From assembly GCA_964035545.1 (NCBI GenBank), contig CAXIUT010000057.1, forward strand, positions 54,609 to 74,982: 20,374 nucleotides of DNA, given 5' to 3'. The notes under the pieces were generated by a model. That model made no database searches, was not told the origin of the DNA, and saw only the letters and a list, made by a program, of their open reading frames with translations. Below, in pieces: positions 1 through 9,398 of the stretch (positions within the stretch are counted from its first letter, which is position 1; the number at the start of each line of letters is the position of its first letter). Source of the DNA: Bugula neritina (taxonomy: Eukaryota > Animalia > Bryozoa). Made by a program: the position numbers and the translations under genes.

Positions 1-82
1 CCCAACCCCAACCCCAACCCCAACCCCAACCCCAACCCCAACCCCAACCCCAACCCCAACCCCAACCCCAACCCCAACCCCA
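1..82. repeat. Left telomere (CCCCAA)n
   Basis: Pure C4A2 array at the 5' end; the Tetrahymena-type ciliate telomere repeat. Confidence 0.97.
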
Positions 83-296
83 TTTGAGATATTTTTGTTA
101 TAAATTTAGTTTTAGAACTGAAGAAGAATGTTTACTTTCTTTGAGATTAAACAAAAATTACCCTTCTCTCATGTCTGAAAGCTCTATGCTTGTCTTACGA
201 ATCATTATCCTGACTATATTCTTCTAGATTAAATCTTCTATTTATCAATTTCAATCACTAATATTATATTTCTCTTAAACATTATTCCTCACTTCT

Positions 297-446
297 TCAA
301 TACTTTCTAATTGAAATACAGTCCTCAATACTCTCTAATTGAAATACAATCCTCAATACTCTCTAATTGAAATACAGTCATCGATACTCTCTAATTGAAA
401 TACAGTCATCGATACTTTCTAATTGAAATACAGTCATCAATACTTT
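297..446. repeat. Subtelomeric 28-bp tandem repeat, ~5.3 copies
   Basis: Units tactYtctaattgaaatacaRtcMtcRa start at 301, 329, 357, 385 and 413, with no spacers. Confidence 0.95.
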
Positions 447-587
447 AATACTAAAAACAAATTAAAGAATCATGCTTATACTTGAGTGTACTGAATGTCA
501 GTTGAAGTTTTATTATTGTCCTTTAGTAATCGATGTTCAAGAGTAAGTTTAGGATATTGTCTTAGAGCTGGTCTCACATTCTTTGGC

Positions 588-1025
588 TCAAAATTTATGA
601 TATTAAACCCTTTCTACTGCTTGCTATATACCTGAGTCTGATCCATTGACGAATTTCTCATTAAGCTACTCCATAACTAGCCATCTTTGAACGTAATTCT
701 CCCTCTTTGTTCCCTTTATTTAATTCTCCCTTAACCTCATAACGATTCTTTCCCAATCCATCTAAATCAACATATTTTTTCGAGTGAAGATCAGTTGAAG
801 TGGCTCTTTTCCTTTGTAAAAAGAATCTTACATCGTTCTATCCTAAGTTATTGATTTTTGTTTTATTTCTGGATCATTCTCAACTCTTCTATTACTATAG
901 TTATCTTTGAGACTAAAAATGCTTTGATAAAGATCTTTTGATTGACTATATAATTTGAAATATACTATGTAGGATTAGCAAGTCTCGGTCTTCGGTATTA
1001 AAAGTTAATCGGTCCGAGGATCCAT
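588..1025 (-). CDS. Hypothetical protein (~145 aa; 3' end uncertain, may splice onward)
   Basis: ATG at 1025 (MDPRTDELLIPKTETCES...) is open to TGA 588-590 when TAR=Glu. No recognisable motif. Confidence 0.4.
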
Positions 1026-1102
1026 CAAGGTCGTTGATTAATTTTATTATTATAAGAAATATGAAGTTAAAAAGATCTTAGTAAAGTGCTTAAAAACACT
1101 TT

Positions 1103-3566
1103 TCAGGCAAAATCATCAAGACGACACTCCTTACCTTCGTCCTTGAACTCCTCATCTTCTTCAATCTATCCTATTTGCTCAACTAGATAAATATAAAAAT
1201 ACGAAAAGAAGAAGAACGCACTCGTTTATACAACTTAGTTAACTTCTCTCCTTCCCACTGGGAATCAAATATCAGTTCATATTTGAAATTTTCCAAATTT
1301 ACAAGAGGAGCCATATGTTTACAAGTATTAGGGTAGTGAGTTGGAGGAGGATAGGCCAGATCGATAGTTAGTTTGAAAGTTTGTTCGATAAGGTAGGGGA
1401 TAATACGATTCAGGAGAGGGCAGCTACAGTCCATACAAGGATTAGTATTGATTTAAATGAGCCAAGGCTGAAAGTTACGATCAATCATGAAATCCAATCC
1501 AAAGATTTAAAAGTTATTCATTTGATGTTTAGGAGATATTTTGGTGGAAAACACTTTTAGCTGCGTCAGTACCCATTTCTTTCATCTTTGGCATGATTGT
1601 TTACTTGAAATTATATTTTTTGTTTTGAAAATTCGAATCTAAGTATCTTTGAAACTCATCATAAGATATCTTATTGTGAGATTAATATCTTCCATAATCA
1701 GAATATTTCACTTGAATAGAATCGTTCGTAAGATGAATTTCTGGGTCAAAGTTGTCGATATCGAATTCATAAGAAGATGTTCGAATATACCCTTCTTCAT
1801 ACCAATAAGCTCTCATTACTCCGAAAAAGTTAGTTATCAGCATAAAATGTCTGATATCAAACTTTCGATTATTGTAAAGCAAAGGTCTGTCAATATACAT
1901 CTGCACAATATATGTCTTCTAGTTCTCATCATCTTCTCTTGGATTTTGCTTAAGAATCCCATTCAACTCATATATTTCATCAATAACTGTAATGCCTTTG
2001 CCCTGATTTGAGTTTTATCCAGGTTTAACTATCCAAATATTTCTGGTTTTAACTTTCCGTCCTTCTTCTTCCTCTTCTTTCACTTCTTTTTGTATTTTCT
2101 TAGCTCTTCGTTTGTAATAGTCGACGAATCTAGAGTATTCAGAATCTTTGAGACCTTTTCTAATGTGAAAAGTCAAAGGTACATACTAGAAAAGACTACT
2201 TCCGATAAGTCCATAGTACTCTTTGAGGTTATAGAAGAGAGCTTTTTTATTTCCTAGATAATAATTATGTTCCAAATGATTATGAATTGTAGCACTCGAT
2301 CCAATCAATTCCAACTCTTTAGGATTCTTCAAGATAACACTGTAGAATTTAAAAGTGAAATCTCTTTCCTTGTCCTTTTCATACTTGTTCCAGTATCTCT
2401 TATAGATTTTTGCTTCTTCTGCACCCATCAACTTACGAATATACTGCTCTCTGTTGGTTACAATCGCACAGAACGAAACTTATTAGTAGTCTTGCTTTTT
2501 TTAGATGCATACTACTCATCTTCCCAATCCCCATCCTCTTTGAAACACAACTTTCGTAAAACTGATCTAGTCTGCCTTTCAAATATATCATTAACTTTTA
2601 ACTGAGTCCAGACAAACTAGCAATCAGGAGTTCTTTCGTCAGTTAAAGTCCACCAAAATCTCCTCTTTAATAGTCCTTTCACCATTGCTCCATTATTTCC
2701 AACTGCAATATAAGCCTTCAGTTTTTTAGGTCTGTTATTTATGTCATCATTCTTCAGTTCTAAATTTATAAAGATATTATGAGCATACATGTTTTTCCAT
2801 AAAAACTATAAGTAACTTTTCAGTCTTTTATCATATATTTGGTTATCATATATTTGGTTATTATCTTCTTTCACCTGCTTTTAGGTTCCTTCTAATCTCC
2901 TATAAAGATAATCTTCTGCCTTAGTCTCTCTCTTGAACACCCTTTTCGTGTCTCTCTTTGTTTCTTCTAGAACTTTTGAATCTTTCTGAGGAGAAAAACT
3001 TGTTAGTGAAGTTGTCAGTTCAATGAGATGTCTGAACTATAGTTCAATAACTTCATCTTAATGTTTAGATTTAGACTACCGAGTTGATCTACTTTTAATT
3101 GGAGATAGGACTTACTTATTTCCTAAATGTTTTAGATCAATTTTTTCTCATTGATTTTTTACTATGGATAGTTGAAGGAAAAGAAGTCCCCATCTTTGTA
3201 CTATTCTTACTATTACTGGAAAAGCTTTGAATTTTTTATTACATCTAAACCAAGTTTGGTCATGCATTCTGAAGAATTTTTTTTACGAGTCTAATCATAT
3301 GCTTTCAAGAGAGACTTTATACCTGTTTCTGCTTTATACTTTTTATAATAGTCTTCTTCGAGGACTCGAACATTAATTGGGTTTTCTAATTGCTAAGGTG
3401 AAGTAGGCAATTAAAGTACCATTTACCTCGGCTTCAATTTTTATAGAGGGTTATTAGAAAAAGCTTGTACTGCTGAACCAGACATAGATATTTTTCTATA
3501 CCTAATTATAGTAGGATTGTGCAGTATCTATTTGATCTACTTCACTTATGAAGGGGGTTATTACAT
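1103..3566 (-). CDS. Tubulin-tyrosine ligase family (TTLL) protein
   Basis: Motifs GNNGAMVKGLLKRRFWW, NHLEHNYYLGNKKALF, IWIVKPG[TAA=E]NSNQGKGI, QMYIDRPLL..RKFDIR, HLTNDSIQ, F[TAA=E]IFGLDFMID and PWLI[TAA=E]INTNP. 20-nt intron at 1183-1202 and probable 23-nt intron at 3057-3079. One unresolved frame change near 2440-2510 and one extra base near 1545. Start (3566, or in-frame 3485) is tentative. Confidence 0.9.
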
Positions 3567-3714
3567 AATAATTTTATTAAATATCACTAAAACAAAGAGT
3601 CTCAACTAAAAACACCTTATTCTCTTGATAAAACAACTTCTTTATCTAAGATTTTATTATATTCTTCTCTATCCACAAAGATAGATATTTATTAATAGAT
3701 ATTTTATTGCGAAA

Positions 3715-6700
3715 ATGATAAAGAAGAAAGGTCTGGCACCAATAACAGTTACTAAGACTGAAGCTAATAGTCAAGTATTAATGTTGGAAATGATGTCTAA
3801 GTTGATGATAGAGCAAAGATAATCCAATCGACTCCTCAGAAAGTTGGTAGGAGAACCAGAACTAGTGAGTCATGTTTCAGAAGGAGATCGGTCTAACTCT
3901 AAACCAAAAACTAAAGATCATATGTTCAGACAAACATCTAACTTTAAAGAAAAAAATAATAGAACTTCCTATCCTCTACATCTTATCCACGATCGATCTC
4001 CAGAATAGGACACTGACAGTTATGATAATAGTCAAAAAAATTCCTCGATAGTTTAGACAGACAAAAAAAAAGTTTAAGAGTTTCATTAAAGCTCTCCTCC
4101 AGAATAAACTCATAAATAAAGACAGAAAGGATAGGAGTAAAGACAGAAAGGAATGGAGTAAAGACAGAAAGAATAGGAGTAAAGACAGAAAGGAATGGAG
4201 TAAAGACAGAAAGAATAGGAGTAAAGACAGAAAGGAATGGAGTAAAGACAGAAAGAATAGGAGTAAAGACAGAAAGGAATGTAGTAAAATGGGGAGAAAA
4301 ACAAAATATAATAATTAAATGTTTTCTAAAGATAACTCTTCTTCTGCTAGAAAGGTATAAATAAACAAACTGCAAAGTGTTTTTGTTCCTGGTAAATAGA
4401 AAGTAGTATAAAATGTTCTTTCTTTAGATAATTATCAAAATAGATCAAAAGAAGGATAAAAGCTAAATAAAGACATGTAGCATATGAAAAATTACTCTGT
4501 TCTTTCAGAAATACTTCCTTATAGTGATCGCAGATAGATAAAGGTTAAAATATCTATTGACGATATTGCTAAACACTAACTCCAATCGAGGAGAAGATAT
4601 CGATTTATTTAAGATAACTGAAGAATGGTTGGGATTGGTCTACAGAGCTATTGCTTCAGTCTGCTGGAATATGTTTAGCAGTGGCCTCCTGAATTTCGAT
4701 TAAGTTAAAATTCTATTTACAGAAAATATCATCTTCAACTTCATCTAGTTTATGAAAGGAGTCAAAAAGATGGGATATTAGTATCTTAGATTGGAACTTA
4801 TCAATAAATAGGTCTAACTTCTAACAGTGTTTTAGACTTCCTTTGTACACAATACCCTCAAACAAAGATATAAGATCCCAATATTGCCCTACGTTCATAA
4901 ATTCCATCCATCGACAACAAAGGTAGAGCAAAGTATGATTTCATAGGTAGTATGTGTAAAAATAATCAATTAGTCCTTCGTAAAAATCAAGTTAAAATTA
5001 TACTCAATAAATAATGAGAGTCATTAACTAAATGATAGAAAGATCTAATCTACAATTCGAAGGGTTCAATACCTTCATGAGTGATATCTTTGGATAAATC
5101 TTTATACCTATTCAGTCAAGAACTAATAGAGATCCGAATAAAAAAACCTACTAATTAATAACAAAACTATTTCGAAAAAGTTAAATTCATATACTAAAAT
5201 ACTAATAGGAAGAAAGATAATAAAAATACTCCTAGATATACTGAACATTAAATCCACAACGGAATCTTTTTCGCAAATCATCGTCTATTCTCAGAATAAT
5301 TACCAAATGGCTCGAAGACTTAGATAAAGTAGTACTTGATGCATAAAAATAAGTAAAAAATGCCAAAAATGACTTTAAAAATCATTCTGGCTCATCTCTA
5401 CATCTCTATGGACAAGTCAAAAATGCCATTTTCAGAGCCATCAACAAAAACAAACATAAATTCGAATAAAAGTACAACTCATCAAAAATAGTGCTATAAT
5501 TTAGAAGTCCTTTTAACTCATTAACAATTTACCACTGACCCAGATCAAATCCATCTCAGCTAAGAACAAATAAGTGTTGGAAAGTATAGTATGTACCTTA
5601 AAAAAGCTATCTCTTCCTACATATGCAGTTAACTCAACGAACTCATTGACTTTCTTCTCTAAATTCCTTCCTCAGTTGATTAAACGTAGCTAGGAATCTC
5701 AGAAACAGAAGTCCAAGAACAAATTAGAAAAAGATCTTGATGATCTCAATATGGTCACCTGTAAAATATTCGATCTCCTACGCTGCAAATGCATCTCAAA
5801 AGAAAGTTAAATAGTTTATCTTCTCAAAAGATTAAAATAAAAAAGTGATGATCCCGCCGATCCGTTCAAGATTATGCGGGTAAAAGATAGACTCAATCAA
5901 GGAACCAGAGATATTCTAATCAATGCTATTATCAGCTAGGATGGTCTTGTCTGTTAGATACAACTTGGAGTCATTAGCAATGTCTAAAAAAAACAAGAAC
6001 TACTTGATCAGTATTAGCACTTCCTTTATTAACTCAGAAGAGCTAAACTGGGAGCATAACTGAAAGCGCATCTATCTGGTCTACTCTCGAACAAAGAGCT
6101 CTTTTCTTTTAATCATAAATAAAAAAGGATAACTAGTCTCCCTGCGACCAGATTGCCACATGCCTGTTTGACTAACTTTGCTTTAGTAGAAGGAACTAAA
6201 GTCAGTAAATTTGTTCGTCCTTTTATTTGTGGTTCTTGTAAACTTTTTTATTCGATTCCTAAAAGCTGCTTTTCTAATGTTAAATGTAATCAATGTTCTT
6301 AAAAGTTTTGCGGAGAGTGTCATTTCTCACAACTTAACGAATAATAAAGAAAAGATTTTGTCTTCTAGAATCATTATTTTAAGTGTCTGTTCCCCTTCTT
6401 AAAAAGATATACTTAAAGTAGTTAGCCTTTCCCTCAGTCTGGCTTTCTTATTCGGAGAAAATATCTCAAAAAATAACTTTTCTATTATAGAGTTATAGTC
6501 ATGAGAAATTAACACTTGAATTTTTAAGATTAGTTCTAGATAGATCTCGTTTATTCAGGAGTTTAAGATGGTAAACTTTGCAACAAAATAATAAATAAAA
6601 TATCAATCTAAGCTACAATGAAAGAAGGTAAAATTTATCTTAATTCTAAAGCAAAAAAGTAACTATAGAACTATCTTATTTATCAAATATAAATAACGCC

Positions 6701-8054
6701 AAAAATATAAATATTAAATATAAAATACAAAGACCTTCTTGAAAACTTTCAATAAAAAAAATTAAAATTTATCAATATTCTAACTCATCCAATCTACTTT
6801 GATGACTTAGTTCTTTTCAAAAAGACAAAACTAATCAAAAGATAGATTGATAGCTATAAAGATATTCTTTAGCCTGATACTCTATTGACCTACCTCAAAA
6901 TAAATAAAAGAGTCTTTATTGTTCAAGTAGAACTTCCAGAAGATCTTCTGCAGTAAGAACTTGTCAGACAAATCAATCTCCTTCGATTGAAATCCTTTGC
7001 TTAAAAAAAATATGACTTACTCAGCATGGAATTTAGAGGAGTTACCACATAAATGAAATAAATATTTACCACACTTCCTAAACAACTTGTAGTTTCCTTC
7101 TCTAAAAACATCATTAAACTGTATCTAGACTACTGTAAAATTTAAGATCTTTCTTTCCTTTAAAAATTCCCCTACCTCACAGTTTTCTTCATTAGACACA
7201 ACAAAGTTTCTTCTCTCGACCCAGTCAAATATCTAAAACATTTAAAATTGCTTAATTTTGATAGAAATTCAGTTAGTTCTTTGTTGCCTCTTGCTCAACT
7301 CGGTTAGATTACTATCCTAAGCGGAGCTTCTAACAACATCAATAGTCTAGAAGGCATTCAAAGTCTTAAAAAACTTAAAAAACTGAACTTATATCGTAAT
7401 GAAATAGAAAGTTTTCAGCAGTTAAAAAACCTTCCTAACATAAAAGAACTTTATATAAACACTAATCCTCTATCTGACCTTGAGAGCATCACTAACTTAA
7501 AAAAGTTATAATAAATCAGCATCGGTAAGACAAAGATCAAAGAGGTGGATTCTTTGAGATATTTTACTAAATTAAAAAAGGTCTATCTCAATGATCTTCA
7601 TCTGCCTCAAATAGGTCCGATCTTTAAAAACTTTGATCATCTCACTAAACTATTTCTTTATGATAACGATATCTAAAGAATGTAAAATTTAAGCTAAATG
7701 ACAGAACTCCTAGAAATCAATTTGCAAAATAACCATATTAAAAAAATATAAGGACTCTAAAACTGTGTCATGCTTGAAGTCCTCAAACTTAAAGGCAATC
7801 TCATCACTGATATCACTGGTATCAAATCTCTTTATAATCTCAGAAGACTCAGATTAATTGACAACCCTCTTTAAGATTGTACAGAATTACATTTAATCAA
7901 CAAAAAACAACTAGATTTTTAGTATTCAGAACCAAGTAAAGCTTGCAGCCCACAGCATCAACCATCTGACTCTTTCTACGAAAAATATGCTATTTGTCTG
8001 TAAGGTAAAAATAGCAGCAGTGGAAGCAATTCAGAAGATGGAGATTCAGTTTGA
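3715..8054 (+). CDS. Multidomain protein: charged heptad repeat - RelA/SpoT-like nucleotidyltransferase domain - Cys-rich Zn finger - ~12 LRRs
   Basis: ATG 3715. One frame is open from 5373 to TGA 8052-8054 and contains IFDLLRC, IMRVKDRL.QGTRDILIN, VC[TAG=E]IQL, EHFLYE, FICGSC..KCNQCSEKFCGEC and 22-aa LRRs (e.g. LQNNHIKKI[E]GL[E]NC). Joining the 5' part needs several frame changes between ~4480 and 5500 (candidate small introns, e.g. 5472-5491), so the 5' gene model is tentative. Confidence 0.75.
4117..4284 (+). repeat. Coding 21-bp tandem repeat x8 (ERQKGME / ERQKEEE alternating)
   Basis: Units TAAAGACAGAAAGRA(TAG|ATG)GAG at 21-nt spacing, forming a 42-bp higher-order repeat, in frame with ATG 3715. 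Confidence 0.95.
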
Positions 8055-8119
8055 TTATCAATAACAAATAGATACACTAATATTAATAATTTAGATATTT
8101 TTAAAAGCTTTTTGCTCTA

Positions 8120-9328
8120 TCAAGAATTGTTCAAATGATTACTTTTATGTTTGTTCAAAAACTTAAGAAACTGTTGTGCCATGAATTCATAGTCAGATAG
8201 TTAGTTATAAATCTGAGCTGATAAACGAGTAAAAACCTTACCTTCAAACTTAAAAAATATAGGAAAACAATTTACTTCTTTCAACATCTCGTAAGCTACT
8301 TTCACACAAAAGTCCAAATCAGATTCAGGAACCTAAACATTACTCATAAAACCAATGCAACGCTAGTCCTCAGTCAAAACCTTTGTTCCCCAAACCTAGC
8401 TCACCTTCTTAGCACCTGCCACTGCCAAACTGTGATTATAGTACTTGACAGCGTTATATCCAAAAGATTCAGAATACTCAAGTCCTTTTTTAACTGTCAG
8501 AAAAGCAGTAAAATCTCTAGTACCAGTTCCAGTAGTACTAGCGAGCTGGGCCTTAACCATAAAAGTTACCAGTGATGGCAGGTTTGATTATTTTAAGATA
8601 CTAGTCACTGAGATAGAGAAAAGCAGCATTTTTGGGTGCAAAAGACCATTTATGGAAATTAGAGAAATAAGCGTCAGGCTAAAGTTCCAATATATTGATA
8701 TATTATTGGTTCATTGCATGAGCTCCATCTACGAAGAGGGGGATTTTTTTTTATTTGAAGAAAACAACTAAAGATTCAATCGGACAAACAAATCCAGGAA
8801 CAGATATAATATGATCCATAACTGCCAACTTTATCTTCTTTGGATATGAATTCACAACTTATTCGACTCTCATCTGAAATTGTTACTATGACTGTAGATC
8901 TTACAACCGAAACTACAACTAAGTCAAATAAAACTTACATCCAGTATTGTAATATTGAACAAATCTCTCAGCCAGTAAAAAGTCTTACGAATTGAGGCAT
9001 AAGCTGTGTTAGGAATTAACACCACATCTCCCTCCTGCCACTTCATCGACTTTGCCAAACTATTTATAGCATCTGTTGCATTTTGAACCAAATATAAATT
9101 CTCCTTAGGACAGTTAACCTTACCAGCCACATAACCTCTCATCTCATTTATCATCAACTAAGAATCTACTCGAAACCATTGCTCAGTATTAAACTCGCAC
9201 TTCTCCTGAAGCTCACGCTGATAATCCAAAACATTTTTAGGACAATAACCGTAACTACCATGGTTCATATTGATATATTTTGGATCCACATAGAAGTCCT
9301 TTAGTCTATCCTTTCCAAATTTATCCAT
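8120..9328 (-). CDS. PLP-dependent aminotransferase class V (L-cysteine desulfhydrase / Egt2 / isopenicillin N epimerase-like), ~395 aa
   Basis: Motifs NMNHGSYG, VQNATDAIN, DHIISVPG, VDGAHA, SNFHKW (PLP Lys), WTGTRD and RLSAQIYN[TAA=E]. 20-nt intron at 8919-8938; one extra base at ~8527. Confidence 0.9.
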
Positions 9329-9398
9329 CTCCTTTATCTGAAAAGATTATATATCTACATTAATCTTAACATATCTAATAACCATTTAAAGTAGATTA

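Noticed and set aside
297-446. CRISPR array (28-bp repeats)
   Set aside because: The repeats are directly adjacent with no unique spacers, the context is eukaryotic and there are no cas genes.
2829-2860. 15-bp duplication (NQIYD x2) in TTLL
   Set aside because: It is an in-frame microduplication in a low-complexity linker and is unremarkable.
3983-4375. Minus-strand ORFs of 130 and 64 aa (LSVFTP / FCLYS repeats) in the ORF track
   Set aside because: These are antisense shadows of the 21-bp coding repeat on the plus strand.
5242-5244. In-frame TGA readthrough (Trp/Cys/Sec)
   Set aside because: It is a single case in a poorly resolved region and can be bypassed by flanking GT-AG introns. No internal TGA was found in the conserved genes.
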